Shown: one piece after another, positions 17,356-26,402 of the stretch | How positions within the stretch are numbered: the first letter of the stretch is position 1 | How the letters are laid out: every line of letters starts with the position of its first letter | DNA from: Candidatus Doudnabacteria bacterium RIFCSPHIGHO2_02_FULL_43_13b | GTDB lineage: Bacteria > Patescibacteriota > Doudnabacteria > UBA920 > O2-02-FULL-48-8 | Direction: 5' to 3' | NCBI GenBank assembly: GCA_001777655.1 | Contig: MFER01000013.1 | Location: 68,322 to 132,321, forward strand | DNA: 64,000 nt | Program-made: the position numbers and the translations under genes | The notes under the pieces: generated by a model | What the model was told of the DNA's origin: nothing | Databases searched by the model: none | The model's input: only the letters and a program-made list of their open reading frames with translations

Positions 17356-17628
17356 ATGCAAAGCTACAAATATTTCAAGGCTCAACTACTTAAGGATAAA
17401 ACTATCAAAAAGGCCTATAAAGAACTGGGACCGGAATTTGTTTTGGTGAAAATGTTGATTGAAAAGAGATTAAAACAAGGCTTGACTCAAACAGAACTAG
17501 CCCGAAAGATCGGTTCACAACAACCGGTAATTTCAAGACTGGAACGAGGAACTTATAATCCAACGATAAAATTCCTACATCGAATCGCTGACGCTCTAGA
17601 CGCCGAACTGAAAGTTTCAATTTCTTAA
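17356..17628 (+). CDS. HTH XRE-family antitoxin (HigA-like)
   Basis: GLTQTELARKIGSQQPVISRLERG helix-turn-helix. Confidence 0.7.
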   Translation: MQSYKYFKAQLLKDKTIKKAYKELGPEFVLVKMLIEKRLKQGLTQTELARKIGSQQPVISRLERGTYNPTIKFLHRIADALDAELKVSIS

Positions 17629-17719
17629 ATTTAAATCGAAAAACCAAGCCGACGTGCCCCGCACCGACACTTTTTGAACTCGCTTGGCAATAGGCCACTT
17701 CTTATGACAAAATAAAACC

Positions 17720-18436
17720 ATGAGTGGGCATAGTAAGTGGGCGACAATCAAACGAGCCAAAGGTGCGGCTGATGCCAAGCGCGGTCAGTTGTTTACGAAA
17801 TTGGCCAAAAATATTTCGGTGGCTGTCCAAAGCGGCGGGGGATCCGATCCGTCTTTCAATTTCAAACTCCGCATGGCAATTGACAAGGCCAAAGAATCGT
17901 CCATGCCGAATGAAAATATTGAGCGGGCAATCAAGCGTGGCGCGGGTGAGGGCAAAGAAGCCATTGTTTCTGTCACTTATGAAGGTTTTGGGCCGGCCGG
18001 ATCAGCATTGATTGTGGAAGCTATCACTGACAATTCCAATCGAACCCTCCAAGCCATCCGGACCGTTTTTCAAAAACATAACGGGCGGTTGGGTGAGCAG
18101 GGCAGTGTAGCTTGGATGTTTGAATCAAAAGGCGAGGTTCTAGTTGAACGGCAGCGTGGCGCTATGGATCTATCGTTAGAATTGATTGACCAAGGAGTCG
18201 AGGATGTGAAAGAAACCGAACATGGTTTAGAAATCTACACTCTGCCCGTGGATTTGGAAAAAACAAAAAAATTTATCGAAGGAAAAGGATTAAAAGTTCT
18301 ATCGGCAGAGCTGATTATGCGTCCGCAACAAACCGTGCAGCTGTCCGAAAACGATGCGGCTAAAGTTCAGGCTTTAGTGGACACTTTAAATGATAATGAT
18401 GATGTGGTAAATGTGCATAGTAATGTGAACTTATAA
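17720..18436 (+). CDS. yebC: YebC/PmpR family transcriptional regulator
   Basis: MSGHSKWATIKRAKGAADAKRGQLFTKLAKNI is the conserved YebC N-terminus. Confidence 0.9.
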   Translation: MSGHSKWATIKRAKGAADAKRGQLFTKLAKNISVAVQSGGGSDPSFNFKLRMAIDKAKESSMPNENIERAIKRGAGEGKEAIVSVTYEGFGPAGSALIVEAITDNSNRTLQAIRTVFQKHNGRLGEQGSVAWMFESKGEVLVERQRGAMDLSLELIDQGVEDVKETEHGLEIYTLPVDLEKTKKFIEGKGLKVLSAELIMRPQQTVQLSENDAAKVQALVDTLNDNDDVVNVHSNVNL

Positions 18437-18444
18437 AATAATCT

Positions 18445-18546
18445 TGTCTTTGCGAGCGAAGCGAAGCAATCTCTTTACTTAGGTCGGGATTGCTTCGTCG
18501 CTGTCGCTCCTCGCAAAGACAGAAGGAAAAAGACAGAAGGAAAAAG
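18445..18546. repeat. Palindromic repeat family 1 copy (12-bp perfect outer inverted repeat TGTCTTTGCGAG/CTCGCAAAGACA) followed by a 14-bp tandem GACAGAAGGAAAAA x2
   Basis: Shares the GCGAGCGAAGCGAAGCA and TTGCTTCGTCG arms with the copy at 351..428. The tandem ends at the ruvC ATG. Confidence 0.7.
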
Positions 18547-19020
18547 ATGAGAATACTAGGAATCGACCCCGGAATCGGCCGCACTGGCTATGCAATTTTG
18601 GAACAAACCAAGCAGAAAATTACTCTGCTGGCTTGCGGTTGTATCACGACCAAAACCGGCGAGGCCGAGCCTGCGCGATTGCTCGAGATCAAAACTGACT
18701 TAATGGCGATTATCAAAAAATATAAACCAGAAGCGATTTGCATTGAGTCATTATTTTTCGCGGCCAACGCGAAAACCGCGATGATGGTTGGGCAAGCTAG
18801 AGGAGTGGTGGTCGTCACCGCAGCGGAGAGCAAACTAAAAATTATTGAGGTCACCCCACTGCAAGTCAAAATTGCTGCCACAGGTTATGGCAAAGCGGAT
18901 AAACGGCAAGTGCAAACCATGATTGTCAAACTTTTGAAGTTAAAAAAAATCCCCAAACCCGATGATGTAGTGGATGCCATCGCTATCGCATGGGCGGGGA
19001 TTGGACGGACTAAGTACTAA
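18547..19020 (+). CDS. ruvC: Crossover junction endodeoxyribonuclease RuvC
   Basis: MRILGIDPGIGRTGYAIL RuvC N-terminus; start moved to the internal Met after the repeat. Confidence 0.9.
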   Translation: MRILGIDPGIGRTGYAILEQTKQKITLLACGCITTKTGEAEPARLLEIKTDLMAIIKKYKPEAICIESLFFAANAKTAMMVGQARGVVVVTAAESKLKIIEVTPLQVKIAATGYGKADKRQVQTMIVKLLKLKKIPKPDDVVDAIAIAWAGIGRTKY

Positions 19021-19029
19021 AATAAAAGA

Positions 19030-19067
19030 AAAGACCCTGTCCATCTACGAGAGTTGGACCGGGTCTT
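19030..19067. terminator. Bidirectional terminator hairpin AAGACCCTGTCC..GGACCGGGTCTT
   Basis: Long imperfect stem flanked by A-rich and T-rich runs, between ruvC and the GC-rich minus-strand gene. Confidence 0.5.
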
Positions 19068-19130
19068 CGTTGTGCACGACCGGCTGTCGCCGGGAATTTC
19101 CGTCTTTCTGGTCGTTGCCGTCTACGACGG

Positions 19131-19397
19131 CTACGAGGCGTCGCGCGTCGCTTCCGCGTCCGGTTGCGGCGGTGCGTCGCCTTCCGGGGGCGTGTTGCTG
19201 GCCGCCGCATGAGCCGCCGGCATCCGTGTATCAACAGCACGCTCTTCGCTGAAATGGAATCTCTCCGAGGGCGGGCGGGCGGGCGGAGCTGCGGTGGTGG
19301 CGGGCCGGGTCGAGCGGTTCCGGCTCCGAGCTGTCCTCGTGGAACGGCGGTTGCGCTTGCTCACTGGCTTGGCTAAACGTTTGGTCGCCTTTGACAT
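19131..19397 (-). CDS. Small, highly basic, low-complexity protein (88 aa) in a GC-rich (about 65 %) cassette
   Basis: MSKATKRLAKPVSKRNRRSTRTARSRNRS.. with an AGGAGGT RBS 5 nt upstream, a terminator downstream and a perfect palindromic operator upstream; GC far above the flanks. Confidence 0.5.
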   Translation of the reverse strand: MSKATKRLAKPVSKRNRRSTRTARSRNRSTRPATTAAPPARPPSERFHFSEERAVDTRMPAAHAAASNTPPEGDAPPQPDAEATRDAS

Positions 19398-19415
19398 GCT
19401 ACCTCCTGCTGATAA

Positions 19416-19438
19416 TTCACCTGGGATACCCAGGTGAA
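19416..19438. promoter_or_regulatory. Perfect palindrome TTCACCTGGG-ATA-CCCAGGTGAA (candidate operator or 5' UTR hairpin) upstream of the GC-rich small gene
   Basis: 10-bp perfect inverted repeat with a 3-nt spacer, 8 nt upstream of the RBS. Confidence 0.5.
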
Positions 19439-19481
19439 CCATTGAGCTAAGGTATCAGAAACCACAGTTTTAGTCAACACT

Positions 19482-19503
19482 AAAAAAGGCCTCATAGTGA
19501 GGC
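19482..19503 (-). terminator. tyrS rho-independent terminator (GCCTCACTATGAGGC plus T6 on the minus strand)
   Basis: Hairpin immediately downstream of the tyrS stop, followed by TTTTTT. Confidence 0.7.
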
Positions 19504-19589
19504 GCCTCTTCAACCCATCTCGAACGAAGGGAGAGATCTCGGTATTAACACCAAGATTTCTCGTCCCGATAAATCGGGACTCGAAATGG

Positions 19590-20744
19590 TTATTCAGTTT
19601 TAATAAATTTACGCTTACCCACCTGAATTATGCTACTGGGAGGAACCTTAGTCCCTTCATTAGCAATCTCATCATTAACCCTTACTCCTTTTTGATCAAT
19701 TAAGCGCTTAGCTTCATTTTTACTTGATGCTAAATTCGTTTCAACTAAAATACCAATAATGCTCGATTCGTGAACTTTTACATTCCGGATCTCCGAAGGT
19801 TTCTCTTTCTTAGAAAAAACTTTCGCCCACTCATTGGCCGCGCTCGTTGCCAATTTGGCTCCATGATATAACGTAACAATCTCTTGGGCCAAACGTTTCT
19901 TAATATCGCGGGGGTTAGCTCCCGCTTCCAGTTCTTTTTCCAATTCCTTAATTTCACTTATCGGCATTTGGGTCGCAAATTCAAAATATTTGAGGATCAG
20001 GTCATCATTAATCGACATAACCTTACCAAACATGTCATTCGGCTCATCTTCCAAGGCAATAAAATTACCGAGAGTCTTGCCCATCTTTTGGCCATCAGTC
20101 CCAATCAAATAATCAGCCAAGACAATATCTTGCGGCTCCAACCCGTGAGCATGCATGAGTTCTCGGCCGGTCAATAAATTAAATTTTTGATCCAGGCCAC
20201 CCAGTTCAACATCGGCCTTAGTCGCCACCGAATCGTAGGCTTGGATTAAAGGATATAACAATTCGTGAAAAGCCAAGGACTGGCCCATCTTTAATCGCTG
20301 TCTGAAAGTTTCGTGAGACATAATCCAACCAGCAGATAATTGCGAGGCTTCATAAATAACATCTTGCAGAGTAAATTTAGCAAACCATTCGGACTGCCAA
20401 TGCAATTCCAGCCGATTTTTATCCAAGATTTTCAAGGCTTGCTGTTCGTAAGTTGCAAAATTTTTGGCAATGTCGCTTTTGGTCAGTGGCGGCCGAGTTT
20501 CATTTTTGCCAGAGGGGTCGCCGATTGAAGCAGTCGTATCGCCGATAATTAAAACGGCGGTATGGCCCAGGTCTTGAAATCGCCTCAAAATCCACAGGAC
20601 CACGGCATGTCCGATATGAAGCCTTGCTCCCGTTGGATCAATCCCGAGTTTGATTCGTAATTTTTTCCCGCTATGCAGCTGCTGTTCGAGATGCTTTCGA
20701 TCGATAATCTCAGCAACACTGCGAGTCAATATTTCGTCTTCCAT
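19590..20744 (-). CDS. tyrS: Tyrosine--tRNA ligase
   Basis: HIGHAVVL (HIGH) and KMGKT (KMSKS) class I motifs, C-terminal S4 domain. Confidence 0.9.
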   Translation of the reverse strand: MEDEILTRSVAEIIDRKHLEQQLHSGKKLRIKLGIDPTGARLHIGHAVVLWILRRFQDLGHTAVLIIGDTTASIGDPSGKNETRPPLTKSDIAKNFATYEQQALKILDKNRLELHWQSEWFAKFTLQDVIYEASQLSAGWIMSHETFRQRLKMGQSLAFHELLYPLIQAYDSVATKADVELGGLDQKFNLLTGRELMHAHGLEPQDIVLADYLIGTDGQKMGKTLGNFIALEDEPNDMFGKVMSINDDLILKYFEFATQMPISEIKELEKELEAGANPRDIKKRLAQEIVTLYHGAKLATSAANEWAKVFSKKEKPSEIRNVKVHESSIIGILVETNLASSKNEAKRLIDQKGVRVNDEIANEGTKVPPSSIIQVGKRKFIKTE

Positions 20745-20796
20745 AGTAATAGTAAAGACATTATATCAGTTTTTTGCTACAATTAGTAGGCATTTT

Positions 20797-23361
20797 ATGA
20801 GTTATTATTATTCAAATTGGAATCGCAATCAAAGATCAGGGTGGAAAAAAATTGTCCAGCAAATTTTGGGTTATCCGAAAAACCTCTGGCAAAAATTCAG
20901 AACCCAAAAAACTTTCCGGCGGAAAATTTTTATGATCTGCGCTTACGCCATAACCGGCGCGTTATTAGCGGCCAGCGCCCTGTTTGCTGCCGTTTCATTA
21001 AGCTTACCTGACCCTAACAAACTCAATGCCAGAATTATACCTCAGTCGACGAAAATCTATGCCCGAGACGGCACCACGCTATTATACGAAGTTCACGGTG
21101 AAGCGAAACGCACTCTGATAGAACTGGCTGAAATTCCAGACTATGTAAAATGGGCGACTATTGCCATCGAAGATAAAAATTTCTATAACAACCACGGCAT
21201 TGACTGGCGGGGGATTTTCCGTTCCCTGTTTCGGAATATCACTTCCGGCGATTTAACTGGCCAGGGAGGTTCTACCATCACCCAACAATTTGTGCGCAAC
21301 GCGATTTTAACTCGCGAAAAAACCTTGATTCGAAAAATTAAAGAAGCCGTGCTGGCAATTGAGATCGATCAAAAATTTACTAAAGATGAAATTCTCAAAC
21401 TTTATCTAAACGAAATCCCGTATGGCCAAAACGCTTATGGTATTGAGGCGGCGGCTCAGACGTATTTTGGCAAACGCGCGCGTAATTTAGGCTTGGCAGA
21501 AGCAGCTTATCTGGCCGCTCTTCCTCAAGCCCCCACGTTTTACAATCCCCAGGGCCCCAACAAAGATCGGCTGGAAGCGCGAAAAAACTTAGTTTTGGAT
21601 CAAATGTTTGAGCAAGGATATATCAAAGAACAAGAACGCGACGAAGCTTGGGCCAGTCAAGTTACCTTTAATAAAATTAAGGATGCTATCTTAGCTCCGC
21701 ATTTTGTGCTCTATGTCCAAGGGTTGCTGGCGGAAACTTACGGGGAAAAAACTTTGGAAGAAGGCGGGCTCAAAGTTATCACGACCCTGGATTGGAATTT
21801 GCAGCAAATTGCCGACAAGGCGGTTAAAGAAGGCGTTGCTAAAAATGAAAAAAACAATAAAGCCAGTAACGCGGCGCTGACTGCGATTGATCCAAAAACC
21901 GGCCAGGTCTTAGCTATGGTCGGCTCCAGAGATTATTTTGATGACGAGCACGATGGTCAGGTTAATGTTGCTATCAGAGAACGACAACCAGGTTCCTCAA
22001 TCAAACCCTATATTTACGCAACAGCCTTTAAAGAAGGGATGGGCCCAGCAACGATGTTGGTGGATGTAAAAACCGTATTTGGGACTTATAACGGCAGGGA
22101 ATACGCGCCAACAAATTATGACGGAGCTGATCACGGAATCGTTAATATGCGAAAAGCGCTAGCCGGCTCCCTCAATGTACCCGCTGTCAAAACTTTGGCT
22201 TTAGTGGGAGTCCAAGATGCGATTGATACTGCCAAAGATATGGGAATTAGTTCGGATATCAGCGCCGACCGCTGTGGATTGGCCTTAGTTTTAGGGGGCT
22301 GTGAAATTAAACTAATCGATCATGTCTCAGCCATGGGAGTATTTGCCAACAATGGCGTTCGACACGAAGCGACCACCATCCTGAAAATTACGGACGGCTC
22401 AGGAAAAATTTTAGAAGAATACCAAGATAACGAAGGCGAGCAAGTTTTAGATCCGCAAGTTGCTTACCAAATCGTTAATATCATGACTGACAACGATGCC
22501 CGGTCTTTTATTTTCGGTTCCAATTCCCCATTAATTCTACCGGGAAGAACTGTCGCAGCCAAAACCGGCACGACGCAAGAATGGCGTGACGGTTGGACCT
22601 TAGGATTTACTCCCTCCCTGGCGGCCGGAGTTTGGGTTGGCAATAACGATTTTTCTAAAATGCGCGCGGGCGCTGACGGAGTGATTGTCGCCGCCCCGAT
22701 CTGGAACCAATTTATGCGGGAGGCGCTGAAGGATACCCCCCCGGAATTATTCATTGAACCTCCCGGCATCCAGCACATTCTCGTCGATTCGATTTCAGGC
22801 AAACTCCCCACCGAGTATACTACAGCTACTAAATCAGAAGTCTTTGCGGATTTTGCTCTGCCCAATACGTTTGACGATGTTCATGTCACATTAAACATCA
22901 ATAAATACAACGGTAAACTAGCTAACTCTCTAACACCTGCTGACGCGTTGGAAACCCGGGTTTATACGGTCTTACATTCAGAAATGCCAAATAATCCTGA
23001 CTGGGAGGTACCGGTGGTGTTCTGGGCCCAGGCGAATGGCTATAGTTATCCAACCGAACAAGATGATGGATCCACCAACCCCTCCTTTAATAACCCAACT
23101 ATTAACTTTATAACTCCGATTGAAAATCAAGAAATCTCAAATTTGCCTTTGATGGTCCAATTATCAGTCAGCGGCGATGTCCCCCTTAGTGTGGAACTGT
23201 CATTAAACAGCGTATTTATTGGTTCGACTAATACGCCTCCTTATAGTTTTGAAATCAAACAAGCGCCAAATGGTTGGTCCGTTCTTTCTGCGAAAGCAAA
23301 GATGTCGAATGGCAATACGATCCAAAAAAATATCCTTATCAATGTCAAGGTCAAAAAATAA
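20797..23361 (+). CDS. Class A penicillin-binding protein 1A (transglycosylase/transpeptidase) with a C-terminal extension
   Basis: GT51 motifs (EDKNFYNHGIDW, GGSTITQQ) and transpeptidase motifs (SSIKP, KTGT). Start set at MSYYYSNW to avoid overlapping tyrS. Confidence 0.85.
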   Translation: MSYYYSNWNRNQRSGWKKIVQQILGYPKNLWQKFRTQKTFRRKIFMICAYAITGALLAASALFAAVSLSLPDPNKLNARIIPQSTKIYARDGTTLLYEVHGEAKRTLIELAEIPDYVKWATIAIEDKNFYNNHGIDWRGIFRSLFRNITSGDLTGQGGSTITQQFVRNAILTREKTLIRKIKEAVLAIEIDQKFTKDEILKLYLNEIPYGQNAYGIEAAAQTYFGKRARNLGLAEAAYLAALPQAPTFYNPQGPNKDRLEARKNLVLDQMFEQGYIKEQERDEAWASQVTFNKIKDAILAPHFVLYVQGLLAETYGEKTLEEGGLKVITTLDWNLQQIADKAVKEGVAKNEKNNKASNAALTAIDPKTGQVLAMVGSRDYFDDEHDGQVNVAIRERQPGSSIKPYIYATAFKEGMGPATMLVDVKTVFGTYNGREYAPTNYDGADHGIVNMRKALAGSLNVPAVKTLALVGVQDAIDTAKDMGISSDISADRCGLALVLGGCEIKLIDHVSAMGVFANNGVRHEATTILKITDGSGKILEEYQDNEGEQVLDPQVAYQIVNIMTDNDARSFIFGSNSPLILPGRTVAAKTGTTQEWRDGWTLGFTPSLAAGVWVGNNDFSKMRAGADGVIVAAPIWNQFMREALKDTPPELFIEPPGIQHILVDSISGKLPTEYTTATKSEVFADFALPNTFDDVHVTLNINKYNGKLANSLTPADALETRVYTVLHSEMPNNPDWEVPVVFWAQANGYSYPTEQDDGSTNPSFNNPTINFITPIENQEISNLPLMVQLSVSGDVPLSVELSLNSVFIGSTNTPPYSFEIKQAPNGWSVLSAKAKMSNGNTIQKNILINVKVKK

Positions 23362-23364
23362 ACT

Positions 23365-24504
23365 ATGATTCACTTTTTAGGTTTGGTTCTGGCTCTCCTG
23401 CCAACCTACTTGATCCGATTCAAGCTTTTTGGCGTTCCGACAACCCTGTTAGAACTCTTGATTGCGGCCTTTTTATTTCTAACTCTGATTAATTTTAAAC
23501 TAACTGATCTTGTCAAGTTAAAAAGTTTAGGAAAAATAAACTTAAGCGCGGGCTTATTTATTTTGGCTGGAATTATTTCAACAATTGTTTCACCAGAACC
23601 CTTGCGGGCATTGGGACTTTTAAAAGCTTTTATCATTGAGCCAGTTCTACTTTTCTATGCCACTATCGTTACTATAAAATTGCCCAAAGATAAAATCGTA
23701 GTTTTGCGATGGTTGTTGGCAAGCAGTTTTCTGATTTCTCTGTTTGGGATTGTTCAATACTTTACTTATCTTAACTTGCCGATCAAGTTTTGGGGAAGCG
23801 GAGATGAGGGGCTTCGGATTACTTCAATCTTTGAACACCCCAACCAGTTAGCATTATACCTAGCCCCGTTATTAATTTTCTTTTTTGCTCTTTATCTTTC
23901 TGGTTTTAAATTATTTAAGGTTTGGTTTGAACGATTAGCTTTAATCATTCTGGGGGTTGCTTTGGCCCTGACGTTTTCTCGGGGCGCCTGGCTGGCTGTG
24001 AGTCTGATGGGTTTGATTTTGCTGATAAAAAAATACTCTTGGAAACAAATTCTACCACTCGTGCTTTTGTTGGTATTAATTCTCTTCAGTATTGCTCCAA
24101 TTAGAGAACGAGTCATGCTTGGAATCTCTGACCCATCCAGCAGTGTCCGCTTGCAACTGATGAAAATCGGCTTTCAAAAAACCCTATCTTCTCCCTTCTT
24201 AGGCAACGGCTTGTATGGATTTCGGACCACCCTGGCCGAATCCCAATTTAGCGGGGAAATTTTAAACAATCCTCATAATATTTTTCTGACCTTTTGGCTG
24301 GAAATGGGACTATTAGGATTACTGACCTTTGCTTTAATTTTCTTCATCTCCGCTGAGCAGGTAAAAATACACCCGTCAGCACTAAAGTTTGCTGCGGGTG
24401 TATTTTTGTTAACTGTGATTATTCAAGGCATGGTTGATGTGCCATATTTTAAAAATGATCTCTCAATTTTATTTTGGTTTATGATCAGTTTATTTTTTAT
24501 TTAG
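23365..24504 (+). CDS. O-antigen ligase / Wzy-like membrane protein
   Basis: FSRGAWLAVSLMGLILL Wzy_C motif; polytopic. Confidence 0.6.
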   Translation: MIHFLGLVLALLPTYLIRFKLFGVPTTLLELLIAAFLFLTLINFKLTDLVKLKSLGKINLSAGLFILAGIISTIVSPEPLRALGLLKAFIIEPVLLFYATIVTIKLPKDKIVVLRWLLASSFLISLFGIVQYFTYLNLPIKFWGSGDEGLRITSIFEHPNQLALYLAPLLIFFFALYLSGFKLFKVWFERLALIILGVALALTFSRGAWLAVSLMGLILLIKKYSWKQILPLVLLLVLILFSIAPIRERVMLGISDPSSSVRLQLMKIGFQKTLSSPFLGNGLYGFRTTLAESQFSGEILNNPHNIFLTFWLEMGLLGLLTFALIFFISAEQVKIHPSALKFAAGVFLLTVIIQGMVDVPYFKNDLSILFWFMISLFFI

Positions 24505-25234
24505 GTTCTAGACTGTCCCACATAAAATTAAAGCTAGCTCGCTGCATCTGCGATAATTCTTGGCTTTCAATTAATATTGCTGAGAGGTCTTCGCCAAAAG
24601 AAAACATCGCAATTTTATCATTCCAGATATAAAACAATCCATGATAATCGTAATGTTCTGGAATCAATCTAACTTCTCTTAAATGTTGCGGTCCTAAAAC
24701 TTTTCTTTCCCGGGCCTTCGGAGAATCTCTGAGAATGACTCTAACTGGAATTTTTAGTTCCACTCTCTTTTTCACAAAATCTGGATAATTTTCCAGAGTC
24801 GCAAATAAATCTTCAACCGAGGCAAATGATAACAGACTCTTTGCTTCATTGAGAATTTCTTCGAGAATAATTTTCATCCCCGGCTTGCCTTCATAAAAAC
24901 GAACAGTTGGACGAGATTTGCTACTGCCATACACAGCCATAAATTTCGGCAAGGCTCTCTCCATAATCGTAGTTTTTTCTTTCAGCGATCCAATAATCGT
25001 ATGCGGATCATCGGCACTGAAATATCTGACGCGTTTCTTTTTGAATGACGAAACCAGCCCTTTGTCGAGTAGGGTATTAAGCACGATTTCGGTCGTGGAC
25101 CTAGCCAACCCGGCTTGCTGGGCGATTTTTAATATGGGTCCAGAGCCGACTTGAAGAGTAGCCAAGTAAACCTTGGCCTGTTTTGGCCTGAGGCCATAAT
25201 CGATTAAAGTTCGTTCTAGGTCTAGTTCTGCCAT
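24497..25234 (-). CDS. TrmB-family transcriptional regulator
   Basis: N-terminal winged HTH (AKVYLATLQVGSGPILKIAQQAGLARSTTEIVLNTLLDKGLV); start at MAELDLER. Confidence 0.65.
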   Translation of the reverse strand: MAELDLERTLIDYGLRPKQAKVYLATLQVGSGPILKIAQQAGLARSTTEIVLNTLLDKGLVSSFKKKRVRYFSADDPHTIIGSLKEKTTIMERALPKFMAVYGSSKSRPTVRFYEGKPGMKIILEEILNEAKSLLSFASVEDLFATLENYPDFVKKRVELKIPVRVILRDSPKARERKVLGPQHLREVRLIPEHYDYHGLFYIWNDKIAMFSFGEDLSAILIESQELSQMQRASFNFMWDSLEPK

Positions 25235-25398
25235 AAAAACCGGCGGCATTAATTAGCTATATTATAGCTTATTTAAAGCCCTTTTGTCAATAGTTTACTA
25301 AAATATGCCAAAATTATTGTTTATATATCTATAATACTATAAACTTTCAAGTCAATGTAGGAATAGATCTAATTGACTGCCAATCCCAAGGAGGCAAA

Positions 25399-25869
25399 AT
25401 GGACGCGGTGCTACAGCTAGATAGGATAATGAATTTGCTTGCTGAATCTGAAGCGGTCTTGGAAGAAGTGGATCACAATCTTCAAGCGCTAGAAAAGAAA
25501 GTTCCTCAAGCTACGGCACATATGGTCAGATTCGCAACCTTGCAAGGAAGAATCGAGGCTATAAAGGGCCGGCTGAAGCACCAGAAACTCAGGTTACTGT
25601 CAGCAATGGACATCTGCATGAAACCCCTTTTTCCTGCATATAAATGGGGGGAAATGAGTATGGAAAATCTGGCTTCATGGGAAGGAAGGTATGATTTCGA
25701 GCGGTACTGTCCCGCAAGACTTCATGACCTCTCTACCAAATTTGAGGATGGTGAGAAATCTAGCCAAGCAGTCATGGAACAAGTGAGCAACCTTAATCTT
25801 GTATGCTTACAAATCCAAACCAAGCTAAATACTCTTATACGACGTGACCAGAAACTCGAGAAAGAATAA
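25399..25869 (+). CDS. Hypothetical protein (156 aa)
   Basis: Strong RBS AAGGAGGCAAAATG; no domain recognised; divergent from the TrmB regulator. Confidence 0.4.
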   Translation: MDAVLQLDRIMNLLAESEAVLEEVDHNLQALEKKVPQATAHMVRFATLQGRIEAIKGRLKHQKLRLLSAMDICMKPLFPAYKWGEMSMENLASWEGRYDFERYCPARLHDLSTKFEDGEKSSQAVMEQVSNLNLVCLQIQTKLNTLIRRDQKLEKE

Positions 25870-25973
25870 TCTCAAAACCGGCCCAGTCGCTGACTGAGCC
25901 GTTCTCTTTTATTTAAACCCAAAGGATTTTGGTTTTTCTTCAACCGACAACAGATTCCTGATCGCGTTAAAGA

Positions 25974-26300
25974 CTATTTTAAACCGCTGATCGTATTTGC
26001 GTTCCAGTTTTTTCCCGCCACTGCTATTTGAAAATTAAATGTAGGCGGGATCCCGCCAAAGGCGGTGACAATCTTTTCTCGCAACTCTTTATTACTCACG
26101 AGCATCTCGCGCAATTTCGTAAATGTCCGCATGATTTGGATATTGACTTGAATCGCGCGTTTACTATTGAGCACACTCGAAAGCATGGCAACGCCTTGTT
26201 CCGTAAAAACCAACGACGCGTATTTGATATTTTGCCTCTATTCAAGGTGCCAATTTGGAACCCCAAGTTCTTTAAGGTCACAAATTGTGACCTCGAAATT
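25974..26300 (-). pseudogene. ORF6N (KilA-N-like) domain gene remnant, frameshifted and N-terminally truncated
   Basis: Frame 1 gives [22 protein letters not shown]; frame 2 continues [36 protein letters not shown] (ORF6N core). A family 1 repeat replaces the upstream part. Confidence 0.55.
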
Positions 26301-26307
26301 TTCTGAT

Positions 26308-26372
26308 AGATTGCTTCGTCGGCGCCGAGGTTCTAACTATAAAAAAAGCGCCTCCTCGCAAATGCGCTTTTC
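26308..26372. repeat. Palindromic repeat family 1 copy (GATTGCTTCGTCGG..CCTCGCAAATGCG)
   Basis: Same arms as 351..428 and 61926..62002; truncates the ORF6N gene. Confidence 0.65.
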
Positions 26373-26402
26373 GTACTTTTATATTTTTTCCTAGTTCGTA
26401 GA

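Noticed and set aside
18974-19376. Plus-strand ORFs 18974..19252 and 19164..19376 in the second GC island
   Set aside because: Arginine/proline-rich junk translations with no RBS; they lie antisense to the better-supported minus-strand gene.
19131-19442. Longer 103-aa version of the basic-protein ORF starting at 19442
   Set aside because: The AGGAGG RBS sits immediately before the internal ATG at 19397, and the upstream extension would run through the palindromic operator.
20650-20796. N-terminal 49 aa of the PBP ORF overlapping tyrS on the opposite strand
   Set aside because: Cys-rich translation of tyrS antisense; the true start is most likely MSYYYSNW at 20797, in the intergenic region.
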